64,000 bases of DNA from the human T2T-CHM13v2.0 reference genome, Homo sapiens: assembly GCF_009914755.1 (NCBI RefSeq), contig NC_060941.1. The stretch is one strand, 5' to 3'. Below, piece by piece: positions 20,918-40,914 of this stretch. The notes below the pieces were generated by a model. It did not search any database. It had not been told where the DNA came from and saw only the letters and a list, made by a program, of their open reading frames with translations. Position 1 is the first letter of the stretch. The number at the start of each line of letters is the position of its first letter. A program made the translations under genes and the position numbers.

Positions 20918-21237
20918 TTTTTCTTTGAGAAGGAGTCTCGCTCTGTCGCCTGGCTGGAGTGCAGTGGCACAATTTCGGCTCACTGCAACCTCCGCCTCCT
21001 GGGTTCAAGTGATTCTCCTGCCTCCAAGCGATTCTCCTGCCTCAGCCTCCTGAGTAACTGGGACTACAGGCACGCACCACCACACCCGGCTAATTTTTTT
21101 TTTTTTTTTTTTGTACTTTAGTAGAGACGGGGTTTCACCATGTTGGCCAGGATGGTTTCTATCTCCTGACCTCGTGATCCACCCTCCTCAGCCTCCCAAA
21201 GTGCTGGGATTACAGGTGTGAGCCACCACGCCCGGCC
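20918..21237 (-). mobile_element. Alu (AluSc-like) with internal 19-bp tandem duplication (21006-21043)
   Basis: caagtgattctcctgcctc followed by caagcgattctcctgcctc; TSD ctttgcattctt. Confidence 0.92.
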
Positions 21238-22510
21238 GAACCTTTGCATTCTTAAGGATAATCTGATTGTTTCCACTTGGACAGCTTGGCGAGGAGGAGT
21301 GCTAACTCCTAGAAAGCTCCTAATTACTGCCAAGGTGAGCGAAGTGAAAAGTTGGTTCCATTTTCTGCAGAAAGGGTCAGTTCATTTAATTCCAGCAAAA
21401 AACTGGCTTCCAGGAGAAAAAGGACTGTTTAAAGGTCTGTGTCAATTATATGGTGATTATGAAATTCATGCTATGACTAATCCAGTGGCTCAATCTATGA
21501 TTATCTGACACGATCCAAGAATCCACAGTGTAACAGGCTCTATGACTCCATTAAAGAAAAGTCAGTTTAATTCTGTGCTATGCTCCAGATTACTTCTCTC
21601 CTTTCCTAGATCTCCTCTATCAAAGAGAGTAGACGTTTATAAAATGGTGTCTGAATTCAACTCAGTGTCCTGGAAGCCATATGAAATATTTTTTTCATGG
21701 ATGACTCAGAGCTTGGGAATTCCAGTGTGTTGCTTTATATAATCTGAAGTACCATAAAGACCTTTGACCTAGAAGACTTCCTTTGTTGCATGTGTATCTT
21801 TTCCTGTAATTAGAGTCTATGATTAGACTACAGGCCATCATGACAAGCCTTTGCTTTCCAAAGCACTCTATTTTTGGACCTTCTAATTTGATTTCTTAGG
21901 AATACTATATTTTGTAAATATTAACCAAAATCCATTTTTAACAAGCACCTACAAGCATCCCAGTTTCAAAAATCAGGAAGCAAAAAATTTTGCCCAAACT
22001 CTGTGGTCACTGACAGTGTTTTGGAGAAGAGTCTAACAATCTCTGAATTGTTGCAACTTCCCAGCGCCTTTCAGAGACAAAGGCCCGTGGTTCCTGTACA
22101 CATTTTGTGTCTTGTGGCCCAGCTTTCCTGGCTGAAGCTGAGTGGACCAAGGATTAGTGACTGATGAAAAAGCTGCCATCTGTAGGTTAGACAGCAGCCA
22201 TGAGATGTCCTCGTAAAAGAGCCAGGCAGAAAAGGGGCGCCCTCTACAGGATGGGCTCTGGCTGACTCAGTTTGACTGCTAGAAATACTAGAATCATCAG
22301 TCAGACAGAGAGGAAGTAAAGACAGTCACAATAAAGGTAGAAGTCTAGAGTCTGCAGCAAAAGGCACCTGTGCTGAGAGGACAGCAAGATAACCAGATAT
22401 TTGCCTTGTATCTCAAATGCCTGTTGGTTTTATTGATCTCCTCATCATTTCTCTATGTAACCTCTGAGTCCTCATTGATTGACAAAGCTAGAACTTGCTT
22501 TCCTGAAACC

Positions 22511-22969
22511 TGTAGTAGGCTGAGTAATCCCTAATCCCCAGAATCTGTGAATATCACCTTATATGACAAAGGGACTTTGAAAATGTGATTTATATGAAGG
22601 ATCTTGAGATGGAGAGACAACCCTGGATTATCCAGGTGGGGCCAATGTAATCACAAGGGTCCTTATAAGAGGGGGCAGGAGGGTCAGAGTGATGAGTAGG
22701 AGATGTGCTCACGGAAACAGGAGCTTGGAGTGATGTGAGGCAGGGGCTGTGAGGCAAGGACTGCAGGCAGCCTGCAAAACTGAGAAAGGTAAGGAAATGT
22801 ATTCCCTTCTGAAGCCTCCAGAATGAGCCATTTCTGCAAACACTTGGCTAAATCTCAGTGAAACTGATGTTGGACTTCTGACCTCCGGAACTATAAGATA
22901 TACATTTGTGTTGTTTTAAGCCACTAAATTTGTGGCATTTTGTTATAGCAGCCATAGGAAACTAGTATA
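22511..22969 (+). mobile_element. MaLR MLT1 (C/D-like) solo LTR
   Basis: ctggattatccaggtggggccaatgtaatcacaagggtccttataaga...tgttttaagccactaaatttgtgg...gcagccataggaaactagtata. Confidence 0.85.
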
Positions 22970-23228
22970 CCAACTGACAGACTAAGCCAGAGGTCCAGCA
23001 TTTTCTGTCCTTTTTTATGGAGGAAGACAGACAATAAGTACCTTAAGCACTTGACCGTTCTGCCTGTTAGCATTGTGAGAAGTTCTCTGATCTGCTTTGA
23101 ACAGGTTATTACATTTTGCCAGAAAGATATAAGGGAGAAAATGGGAAACTAGGCATTGAATAAAAATGACAAGAGAGTGGCCAATGGGGCCACAGTCGCT
23201 CAAAAAACACACCGTAACGGCAGTCCAT

Positions 23229-23618
<390 letters not shown>

Positions 23619-24065
23619 TCACCCAGGGCTGTACCCATCACACAGTAATTTTTCATTAATTCAAAATCTGTCTGGAGAGATATCCCAATGCTCTTGTTAA
23701 TTACTTCTTTCAAGGCATTCTTCTCATTGTAATTGAGCACTCCCCTGGGTACCATCCTATAAGTAAGTACATTAGTGCCTATATACAACCTACCGAGCCA
23801 AGTACTTATACACACAAACTGGCTTTCTGGCTCACCTTTCAACTCTCCCATTATAATTTCTAGAGAACACTGCCAGGTAGGCTTGCCTGTCATCCTCAAT
23901 AAAGACCCAAGTGAGGATTCTTTTCCGTAAAGCTTCAAGTTTAATTAGCTCATTCTGCTAGTTCCTTAGAAAAGGCTTTCTGCTGCCAAAGAAAATTAAG
24001 CTTTTTTTAAAAAACAAAAACAAAAACAAAACAGGTTTCAACTCATTCGGTATATTTTAGGATAA

Positions 24066-24407
<342 letters not shown>

Positions 24408-24477
24408 AAGGGAAAGGTTTTTATACATATTTTTATTTATCCCTTAGTAACCTGAATATGACTAATAAAGAAATCTT

Positions 24478-25305
<828 letters not shown>

Positions 25306-25364
25306 GACCATATCGATTTCAGGCAATTTGTAAGTAATGGTAATCATGAGAGTTATATGAGAAT

Positions 25365-25600
25365 AATGGCTAGCAATTTCCAGTGCTTTGTAGCACTTAA
25401 TATCTTATAAGCATGATTTCATTTAATCCTCAAAGCAGCCCTATGAGGTAGGTACTATTCGTATCCTTGGATTGTAAGTGAAGACATCAAAGGACTAGAG
25501 AGGTTAATTCACTCACCCCACATCTCATGGTGGTAAAAAGCCAGGATTCAAACTCAGCTCTGTCTGAATGAAAGTCTGTGCTTTCAGCTAGTATACTGCT
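25365..25600 (-). mobile_element. MIR SINE
   Basis: tcatttaatcctca...ctatgaggtaggtactatt...agagaggttaa...ggattcaaactcag. Confidence 0.8.
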
Positions 25601-26681
25601 AATGCTTTACTAATTATTATTTTTAGTTTATCTTCTAGGAGCAGCTTGACTATCTAATCTGGGTTTACCACTTCTGGAAGACTTTTTACCCACAGTGGGA
25701 CTCTGATATTTGTGTAACTGGAAATGGAAATGAGATCTTCTGAATGTGGAATGCAAAGGAGAGGGTACGTCTCACCAATCCTGGGTTATATTACCTTTGT
25801 GTCAGATGTAAGGTGACAAGCCAAGCATAGGACATGCACCAAGTGGAAAAGTCCACTGAAAATTTTATCTTTGAAGAGAACAGAAAAAGCATTAAATCTC
25901 TATATCTGGTACAGTCTATATGGGTTGTTTTATCTGAAAGGGGAAGGAGGAATGCTTTAAAAAAAAAGGTAACCTTAACTCTAGGCAAAACTTAAATTAT
26001 TTTCTTCTCTTTCTTCATTTCTAAAGCTACAGCCAGTCAGACAAGATGGGACATGTAGTGTTGCACAATGATCCTGCTGCATTTTCAGCCTCCAGGCTGA
26101 GAAGCAAGTGCAATTAACATTCCAAGGTGGGAGTTATTTCCCCACCATTTGAGCCCTGCAGCATCTTATTGTGATTACAAAGGCTGGACTAACTGGCTTT
26201 GTCAATGTAATGTATACACATTAAACATATACAGACAGTTCTTGAAAAGTTATAAATTCAAACATTCCATAGTATGTGGAACCCAGTAAATTATAGAATG
26301 GGAAATGCTTTCAAAGGAGCACCTGATTCAGCATCCTCCTACCTCTTGTTTCTAATTAAAACAAAAAAAAAAAGAAAAAGAAAAAAGAAACATAAAAACA
26401 ACGGCATTGTAGTCATGCTTTAATTTCATTCTAAACTTGTGTCATCCTGTTGAATTGAGGCCCACAGGGAACAGGGCCCAGCAAATCCCTGGACCTCCTG
26501 GTATTTGGTATAAACATAGCAGCTAACCTGGACTGGCTTCCACAGAGCTAAGACATTTTCTTTTTTGCACACAGAGCAGTATGCTCCAAAATTATATGTA
26601 CATGTTGCAAAAGTATATATTTTGTTCCAAATATATGCTCTAAAATTATATATAATATATATATATTTTATATATATATAA

Positions 26682-26963
26682 TTTCTTTGAGTCAGGGTCT
26701 TGCTCTGTTGCCCAGGCTGGAGTTCAGTGGTGTGATCATAACTTACCTCAGCCTTGAACTCCTGGGATCAAGCAACTCTCCTGCCTCAGCCACTTGAGTA
26801 GCTTGGGCTACAGGTGAGTGCCCCCATGTCCAGCTAATTTTTATGTTTTGTAGAAATGGGGTCTTGCTTTGTTGCAAGGTATCTAACTCCTGGGCTCAAG
26901 TGATCCTCACGCCTTGGCCTCCCACAGTGCTGGGATTACAGGTGTGAGCCAATGCACCTGGCC
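26682..26963 (-). mobile_element. Alu (AluJ-like) with adjacent (TA)n tract
   Basis: Reverse Alu body. Confidence 0.88.
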
Positions 26964-27754
26964 ATGAACACATAGTTTTAAAAATACTTATTTGTTTAAA
27001 TGTATATTAAGAAAGACATATAATAGGTCAAACATGAGATTCGTGGATGTTATTGCTCATAGCAAGGCTAAGATTTTAAAAAAGAAGGGGGAATCACTGA
27101 AAGGAATTAGATAAATAAATAACATGATACTCTAGCAAAACCAAAAACGTTGCAGGTGGTCCTGGAGTGATGAAAGTGAGGGAAGCCATCGAAGAGAACA
27201 GTGCCTGGATTCAAGTGCCTGCTCTGTCCCTGACAGGCTGGAAAGATCTTGAACAAGTCGTCTCCCCCTGATGAACTTCAGACTGTAAACTAAGAGGATG
27301 TACTGGGGCAATGTTGAACGTGGGGTGTGTTCTTCCTTGTTCCAGGAGACCAGGGCTTCCCATGGTGTCTCAGGCACTGGGCAGGAAGAAAGGTGAGGCT
27401 TCCACTCCCAACAGCTTCAACTAGAGGCAGCTTTCACTAGCTTTACAAATGCAGCTTCTTACAGAAGTTGGTTTGAAAATAAGGTTTCATTGGTTAAAAA
27501 GTCTGAAAATGTTCTTCTCAGCCCCAAAATAGAATATTTATATACTACGCTTTTGTAAACGATAACTAACCAAAAAGCTAATGATATCAAAATAAGTTCA
27601 GCTGGCGTGCGGCTTGTTTCAGGAAGTCTGTTCAAGAGGAAAGTATAGCCAAATAATAACAGATAATGTGTTTGATCACAGGCTATCCCAGGCACTGAGC
27701 TATATATACTAATGAATCTTGGAAAAACAAAACCAATAAACAAAATAAAACCAC

Positions 27755-27900
27755 CACTAGGAGGTACGTTTTATAAATAACTCCACTTTACAGATGAGGA
27801 TACTGAGGCTCAGAGAAGTGAAGTGGCTTGGCTTAGCTCACCCACTTTGTGCACAGTCAGGGTACAAACACAGGCAGTCTGACTCCCCTTAACTGTATCA
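27755..27900 (-). mobile_element. MIR SINE
   Basis: ctttacagatgaggatactgaggctcagagaagtgaagtggcttg. Confidence 0.75.
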
Positions 27901-28263
27901 CTGTGTCGCCTCGCAGGAGGGCAGAGAGAGGTGCCTGGTACCTGGGAATCGGCGATCTCTAGCAATACAGATAAATACCCCATTTAGTGCACATTTCAGG
28001 CTACCCAGCATCCATGACCCAATTTTCAAAGATTTTCCATTCATCTAGTTGTTAGGCAGTGGTGGTCCGGGCATGCTTCTTTGGCCAGGCCAGGGATGAT
28101 TTCTGTTTCATGGTACAGTCTTTGCTGTGAGGGTTCATCTGGGTGGGGGCTCACAGGCCTCTTACAATGGAGTTTCTCATATTCTGAACCAATTCTGGGT
28201 TCTCAGGCAGGTCCCTGAGTCATATTCTTTTTTCTCCTGGATCACAGGGCTGGGTCTACCTAC

Positions 28264-28725
<462 letters not shown>

Positions 28726-28772
28726 TAAAAGGATAATGTTTGATCTAAGCGTTCTGTCCAAATCCCTCCAGA

Positions 28773-28774
<2 letters not shown>

Positions 28775-28813
<39 letters not shown>

Positions 28814-28853
28814 CAGGCAGCCCTCAGAATCACAGCAGATTCAGAGAGAGTGC
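28775..28853 (-). mobile_element. Short polyadenylated retroposed fragment (ERV1 LTR-like, MER57-type)
   Basis: 36-nt poly-T plus 43-nt body, flanked by ccctc(c/t)agat(c/t)ttttt direct repeats. Confidence 0.6.
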
Positions 28854-28919
28854 CCCTCTAGATTTTTTTATGATTTTGGTCATTTCTCTCTGCCTTCAAG
28901 TGTGCTTTTGTTTACAATG

Positions 28920-29285
28920 GCCTGCACCTGTAACTCTTCTTAGGGGAATTTGCCCTGGGCTACTGGAGCTGCTTTTCACTCAAGGACAGAATTCTGGAAG
29001 TGTCTAGTAGGTTTTCATGCTCCTGGTGTGGCCCTTAGTGGATGACCAAGGGTGAGACCCTCTCTTGCCTTAGGCTGAGACAGACTCAGGTGTGACTTAC
29101 ATCCCAGAGTGTTTCCCACCCACCCCCTCCCTGCAGGATCAGGCTGAATCACAGACTGGCTGGGCTCCTTCCCTTGCCTGCCTCCTCCACGCCTTCACTG
29201 ATTTCTCCTGGGAGCCATTTTTTAAATTTATTACTTACACACAGGTCCTCATCTCAGGGTTTTGTTCTGGGAAACCCAACCTAGA
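28920..29285 (+). mobile_element. ERVL LTR16-like fragment
   Basis: tttctcctgggagc...cctcatctcagggttttgttctgggaaacccaacctaga end. Confidence 0.6.
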
Positions 29286-29624
29286 AAAAGACTTAAAAGA
29301 AAAAAAAAGAATTACAACTTAAAACTGAAAATAGTTATCACTGGTTTTAATGCAGTATAATAAAGCCAGGCCTGTTCCTTCTCAGCCTCTTGAAGAACTT
29401 AATGCTCAATTTAACATTTTATTTACATTTTCATTCATCTTTTTATGAATTAATCACGCCCAAACTTTTGTTGCTCTTTCCTTCCTTTGAAAGGTTTCTG
29501 AGTTTCTTCCCTTCTCTGGAAGTTAACTGGTGAGGACTGCCTTAAACACAGTTTAAGGAGTTGTGTTGCCCCCAACCCCAATATCCCCTTTCAGGAAGTA
29601 GTGTCTTGGTTGTGTTTTGTCTTC

Positions 29625-29792
29625 CAACACACAGATGCATACACACACATGCACCCACAAATACACACTTGTGCACACACCAATGCACACAAATCATGTT
29701 CCCACATGCAGGCATGAATAAAAACATGCACTCACACACGTGTGCACACAGAAATCACGTACATGCACACATGCACACACATATGCACACCA
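29625..29792. repeat. Degenerate CA-rich simple repeat
   Basis: cacacatgcacacac-type units. Confidence 0.85.
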
Positions 29793-30152
29793 TAGTTAGG
29801 ATTCAGGCACCTGCCTATCTGCCTGCCTAAACTGTTCACTGTGGAATTTCCTGATGCTTCTTTTTACTTGTGTGGTTTCCTGAAAGAGTATGAAGGACTC
29901 TGATGGTTGTCAACAGAGTGTCAAGTGTAGGACTGAACCAAATGACATACTGTTGAATATAATAAGAAAAATAGAAGGCACTGAGAGAAAAAGAAGGCGA
30001 GTAGTAAAATTTCTTTGGGTAGCTTCTAAGCACACATTTTTAAAGTTTTGCTAAAGTCTAAGGGGGCATACAAAATTACCTTAGATTAAATGTTTATTAT
30101 AGCTTCCGTATTAATGTTAGGTCAGATTTATAATGTGGTAGACTCTGAATAG

Positions 30153-30512
<360 letters not shown>

Positions 30513-31105
30513 TAATTTTCCAAAAGGAGGATGGAGTCATGCTTGCCAAACCTATTGGACTACAGCACCCTTCCTGAGGAGCATCTCTGGAAAGAGAGTC
30601 CAGTGGACAATACTCTCAGCAGTGCTGACCCGCTTTACCCTTGGACCTGCACGCTTGCAGTGATCTGGTCTAGCTTTTTGTTACATGAACACCAGCATTT
30701 TCCACAGATGTGACCTCCCACTGTCAAGGTGATTTAAAACAAAATTTTTTGTAGAAACCAAAAGAATCCTTGCCAGATAATTTAAGCATCAAAGAGATAA
30801 ATGCACATGTGATGTTATAGAAGGAAAAGAATCTTCTTGGGAGGTGCTACTTCTCCCCTAGCCCATGAGGACCAATAAATACTAATGAGGACCCTTCTCA
30901 TCTATAAGCCAGGGTGCTAAGCACCCTCCACAGACTATCTGATTTACTTATTACAGCACTGCCACGTGGTAGATGGCATTTTTCTTACTTTGTAATAAAA
31001 AAGCCTGAGGGTTAGAGAAGTTAAATAACTCACTTGAGGTGCCCAACATCATCTGGTAGGTCTGGATTCAAATCCAAACCTGTAACACCAAAGCCCATGG
31101 CCTTA

Positions 31106-31529
<424 letters not shown>

Positions 31530-31607
31530 TCAGAGCCCACATACCCCAAGGTATGGGGCCCAAAGTGACCATGCTAATTTCTCAGGCCTTAGGTCAGGTC
31601 ACTCAAT

Positions 31608-31850
31608 GATAATAGCTGATATTTATGGAGTGCTTCCCCAGTGCCAACCACTGGTAGGATCTTCACACGCGTGATCTCACTTAAACCTTTAGGTTCAAAG
31701 CTGTGAGGTAGGTACTATAATGACCCCATTTTACAGAAAAGCATAGGTTCAGAGAGGTTACTTTGCTTGCCCAGGGCCACACCACTAGGAAACGGTAGAG
31801 CTGGGCTTCAAAACCAGGTCTGGTCTGAGTTCAGGCCATATACTTAACCC
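31608..31850 (-). mobile_element. MIR SINE
   Basis: ctgtgaggtaggtacta...cccattttacaga...agagaggtta...cttgcccaggg. Confidence 0.8.
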
Positions 31851-32790
31851 ATACTTAACTCTTTGAGTTAAAACTAGAAAAAAAATGGAAAAATCAGTCT
31901 TTTTTAGGTATTTCCAAATTATGAACATTTGCTGGTTTTGGGGGCTATGTAACACCCAGATCGCCTTCCTGTTTCATGGGAATTCCACTTTTGGAAGGTC
32001 TTGATGGGAGGGCCTCTGCCTGTGGGAGCTGGCAAAGGCCAGACATTCCCTGTCCCTGCCTCCTGGCTCACCAGTGGGCTGCTCCAGCAGGGAATGATGG
32101 TTTTGGGGGGCGTGATGATGCCAAGACACGGGAGCCCTTAGAGAGCATCCATAGCAGTGGCTGTGGCTGTGGGTGATGTTCCTGTGTCACATCTTTGGCT
32201 GGGTTTTCTGCTGACTCACCTTCATGAGTTCCTGCCTGTTTCCTGGGGCTGGTAGCCAAGCCTCCCCACCTGTTCTGTGACCCACCAACGTTTTTCCAAT
32301 ATACTCACTCCCTTTCTGTTTAGGTAAACTGCAGGTGGCTTCTGATGTGTGCAACCAAGAACCAGACATGTACAAAAGTCTTCGTACTTTTGGAATTATA
32401 TAATTGGAGCCAAAGATAAACCTTTGTCTTAGGCTCCTGCAGATGATTTAAAAATGTATTCTTTTCTGAAATCCAAGCAGAGGACATAGCTGTGGCTTTG
32501 TCCTTGGGTAACAACCACCTTTTGTACACTGGGGCTATAGGCAGAGAATTCCAGTTTCTCAGCGTGACCTTCAAGGCTTTGCCCAGAATAGCCCCATTCA
32601 TGACTCTGTCTTCTAACTAGGCCCGTATTCCAGCCAACCTGGCCTTCTGGCTGCTCCTTAGCCATGTTTTGCCTTTTCTCACCCAAATATTCACCTGCCC
32701 TTCTGAGATCAGCTTCTTCTAACACAGGTATACATGGAAAGCTTGGTCTTACATATACCTTGAGTCGTCCGCTTAGAAGCACGTCCTATA

Positions 32791-33071
32791 TGTAATCCCA
32801 GCACTTTGGGAAGTTTGGCCAGATGGATCACTTAAGGCTAGGAATTTGAAACCAGCCTGGCCAACATGGTGAAACCCCATCTCTACTAAAAATACAAAAA
32901 TTAGCCAGGCATGGTGGCATGTGCATGTAATCTCGGCTACTTGGGAGGCTAAGGCATGAGAATCGCTTGATCACAGGAGGCAGAGGTTGCAGTGAGCTGA
33001 GATCGCACCATTGCACTCCAGCTTGGGCAAAAGAGCAAGACTCCGCCTCAAAAAAAAAAAAAAAAAAAAAA
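32791..33071 (+). mobile_element. Alu, slightly 5'-truncated
   Basis: Begins at tgtaatcccagcac; flanked by agaag...gtcctata repeats. Confidence 0.9.
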
Positions 33072-33925
33072 GAAGAAGGTCCTATAGTCATAGGTTTCCC
33101 ACTGTTTCTAGCTCTGCTGAGGGCCGCGGCTCCCCTACAGTGGTCTGCTAACTCCAACTCTAGGCCTGAGGTAGTCCACTTGGTAGGAGAAGAGTCTAGT
33201 TGTCTCTTCATAGGCCTCACTGGGAAGTGGGAAAGGGAGCGGGTCTCCTTCCCCTTCACCACACCACCCCAGGTTGTACAGATGGAACAACTCACTTCAC
33301 TGGGCATGTTGGAACCATTGGAAAGCGAACCGAAATTCAATAGAAGGAAGGTGAAAGTTCTTGATGCATCTGATTCTCCCAGAGTTGCAAGGGAAAGTAG
33401 CACAAAATTAGGCCTTCACTTTGTTGGGGTAGAGGATTCTGCTAAGGTCTGGCCCTGAACGTCCTACTTTCTTGATCAAGCATCTTCTACTACAAGACTT
33501 TTGGGAAAACCTCTTTGAGTCACTGGAAACCACTGGGAAGGCTCTGTCCCATCCCCCTCCTCTCTCCAGACATTTCCTCATTCAAATGGGCAACTCAGCA
33601 GGACTATCAGCCCTGCTAGGACAAGGAAGACCTGAAGACCCATCAGAGGTAGCAGGAGCTGGGGAGAGGCTCAGGCTCACCAGGGTCTGTGGCTGAGGAT
33701 GGGTATGGGTCGTCTGGGTCAGATTATCTTTGTGCTTGCTATTCCCTTCAGCAAACATGGCTGTGTCAGTAGCTTTTGAACTTGTTAGATTTAACAAGTA
33801 GTGGTTAATTAAGAAGCTTTTCTTCATTAACAAGGTGCTTCCCCTTTCCCTTGAAGTCCCTAAATCCCGTTATAATGTACAGGAGGGGTTAATCCCTTTC
33901 TCATTTTGCCTATCAGAGCAATGGA

Positions 33926-34221
33926 GGAGGCGTGTGGCTCATGCCTGTAATCTCAGCACTTTGGGAGGCCGAGGTAGGAGGCTCATTGAGCCCAGGAGTT
34001 CGAGACCAGCCTGGGCAGGGCAACACAAAAAAAAATTTAAAAATTACTTAGGTGTGGTGGTGTGCACCTGTAGTCCCAGTTGTTTGGGAGGACTAGAGGG
34101 AGGATCATTTAAGTGGGAGGATTGTTTAAGCCTGGGAGATTGAGGCTGCAGTGGGCAGTGATCATGGCACTGCACTCTAACCTGGGCAACAGAGCGAGAC
34201 CCTGCTTAAAAACAAAGAAAA
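33926..34221 (+). mobile_element. Alu (AluJ-like)
   Basis: Diverged Alu body. Confidence 0.85.
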
Positions 34222-34254
34222 ATAATAATGCAGGAGTTACTTTAAAAAAAAAAA

Positions 34255-36852
<2,598 letters not shown>

Positions 36853-37427
36853 CTGCCTAGAAGTTACATTTTAATCAAGGCTGCTTTCTTTCCTTCCCCA
36901 GGAGGAGCTCCTGGTTGACAGTTTCTTTGTTCATAATTTAGTCTTGGAAGGAGGATAAGGTCAGAGAGAAAGGAGGGGAGGTAGGCAGTTCTTTATGTCT
37001 GTATTTTCTCAGGCTGTTCTTATTTCTCCAAGAGTGGGACTCCATACCATAGAGGACATGTTAGTGACACCCTCATTCATTTATTCATTTTCAGTGCATG
37101 GTGATACACTGCAGCTTGTCTGTGCCTAATTAAGTGGTTCTATAGATTACACTAACTGGATTCCAATAAACTAAATTTGCTGACCTTTTCTGTGAAGGCC
37201 AGAGGCTGTCAGTAGTATCAAAACATGCCTGCATTCATGTGCATACACACACAATGTGACCTTTAAAATAAAGGTGTTATTTAACAATGATTGAGAGAAA
37301 GACAAACTCCTTTCCTAAAAAGACACGTTAAGCAGAGGGCATTAGGAAAACAGATCTTTAAAAATATTTCATAGTTATGTGGTTTTGTTGTAAAGACAAG
37401 TATGTATTTATAAAAACTCATAGCTGT

Positions 37428-37762
37428 GGCCAGGCGCGGTGGCTCATGCCTGCAATCCCAGCACTTTGGGAGGCCAAGGCAGGTGGATCACGAGGTCAGG
37501 AGATCGAGACCATCCTGACTAACATGTGAAACCCTGTCTCCACTAAAAACACAAAAAAATTTAGCTGGGCGTGGTGGCGGGTGCCTGTAGTCCCAGCTAC
37601 TCTGGAGGCTGAGGCAGGAGAATGGCCTGAACCCGGCAGGTGGAGCTTGCAGTGGCCGAGATCGTGCCATTGCATTCTGGCCTGGGCGACACAGTGAGAC
37701 TCCGTCTCAAAACAAAACAAAACAAACAAACAAACAAAAAAAACGAAAACAAAAACAAAAAA
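37428..37762 (+). mobile_element. Alu (AluY-like) with (AAAC)n tail
   Basis: TSD aaaa(a/c)ctcatagctg. Confidence 0.94.
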
Positions 37763-37971
37763 CCTCATAGCTGCATACTTTTAAAACTTGGAAATCAAAA
37801 TTTCTAACCCATTTAGGATTAAAAGGAAATGTTTCAGTGGATTTTGTACTCATTTGTTAGTTTAGAAGAACAACTGGTTCCCATCAGGGAAAATGGAAAG
37901 ACGCTAACAGCATTACAAGAGCAGCAGCACCTTTGCATAATTAGTGAACAGGATGGAACATTAATATCATA

Positions 37972-39116
<1,145 letters not shown>

Positions 39117-39544
39117 TTACTAAAAATATTATTATAAACAATATTAACATTTTATGTTTATAATATATTAAATACTATTAATCATGTTGCAAATATTACT
39201 AATGCTGGAAGTTTTAGTGAGAACAAAAAGTAATATATTAAACAGAATAAAATTAAAAATAGTTAAAAATATATAGATTCTGTAAGTCCTATACTGGGCA
39301 GAGGTGCTTACATTCTTTTACTGATATGAATATGCCTTCAAAAAATTTTTTTTAATTTTAAAAAAGGAATATACCATCAAAAAAGTTTGGAGGCCACTGG
39401 CTTAAACTACTACAGTGTTGTAATACAGAACAACACTGTGAACTGCCAATAGGGAACTACAGTGCATGGCATTTCTCAAACTCGTCTGGCCATGAGTCAT
39501 TTGGAGGCATGAAAGTTCCAAGAAACCCTCTTTGGACCATGCTG

Positions 39545-39790
39545 TATGGTGGATAAGAGCATGAACCTGGAGTCAGACAAAGCTGACTTCAGCTAACTAC
39601 CAGACTCATCTTATACTAGCTAGGCGACCTGAGCATTTTACTAAATCTTTTTGAACTTTTTTCCTTATCTGTGAAATGGGGATAGTGATATCTACCTCAT
39701 ATGGTTGTATGGACTTTAAAAACAATATTGTATATAAGTGCATAGTATAATGCCTGATGTCTTGTAAGCACCCCTTAAAAGGAAGTTTCT
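39545..39790 (+). mobile_element. MIR SINE
   Basis: gtggataagagcatgaacctggagtcagac...ccttatctgtgaaatgggga. Confidence 0.75.
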
Positions 39791-40258
39791 ATCATTCTAT
39801 CATCTCTGATAGTTATTTAGAGACCTGATGTATCTTTCATAACTACACTTCTTCAGAGCAGAAATTGAATCTTCTCTTATGAGTCCCATGGAACACTTAG
39901 CTGCAATAGGTATGTGAGAATGAAGAAATAAATGATATTAATAGAAGCAGAGTTCTCTGAAAGACTGAGAGACTAACTATACCACCAAAGACAGAAATGT
40001 TTCTTTCTCAGCTGTTTATAACTTACCATTTTAATGGCTACACCAGAACATTCACATAGGATGAATCCTCATAGTAATTTTCCTTACCTAGGCAGTTGAT
40101 AACAATTAGTCTGTTACTAATTGTTTCCAGCTGCTCCCCTTTGATTAATCAATCAAAACAAATTTATAATGGTTCTCCTGTGGTTTGATACTGCTAGGAG
40201 CCTAGCATGCCTGTGATGAAGACAAGATGACTACGTGTGCTTAAAAGTCCGGGGAGTA

Positions 40259-40914
40259 GGCTAGGCACGATGGCTTACGCCTGTAATCCCAGCACTTTGG
40301 GAGGCTGAGGCGGGCAGATCACCTGAGATCAGGAGTTCTAGACCAGCCTGGCCAACATGGTGAAACCCTGTCTCTACTACAAATACAAAAATTAGCCAGG
40401 CATGGTGGTGGCTGCATGTAATCTCAGCTACTCGAGAGGTTGAGGCAGGAGGACTGCTTGAACCTGGAAGGTGGAGGTTGCAGTGAGCCAAGATCATGCC
40501 ACTGTACCGCAGCCTGGGCAACACAGCAAAACTCTGTCTCAAAAAAAAAAAAAAAAAAAAAAGTCAGGGGAATAAGGACTGGAGTGGCCAAAGCAAGTTC
40601 AGCATCAGAGGATTAGGTGGGCTTTAAAGGAGAGACAGTGACTCAGGCCTATAATCCCAGCACTTTGGGAGGCTGAGGTAGATGGATCACTTGAGGCCAG
40701 GAGTTTGAGACCAGCCTGGCCAATATGACAAAACTGCAACTCTACTAAAAATACACGGATTAGGTGGGCATGGTGGTACATGCCTGTAATCCCAGCTACT
40801 TGGGAGGCTGAGGCATGGGAATCACCTGAACCCAGGAGGCAGAGGCTGCAGTAAGCTGAGATCATGCCACTCCAGCTTGGGCAACAGAGCAAGACTCTGC
40901 CTTGAAAAAAAAAA
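40259..40914 (+). mobile_element. Two Alus (40259-40562, 40636-40914)
   Basis: The first has TSD aaaagtc(c/a)gggga(g/a)ta. Confidence 0.9.
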
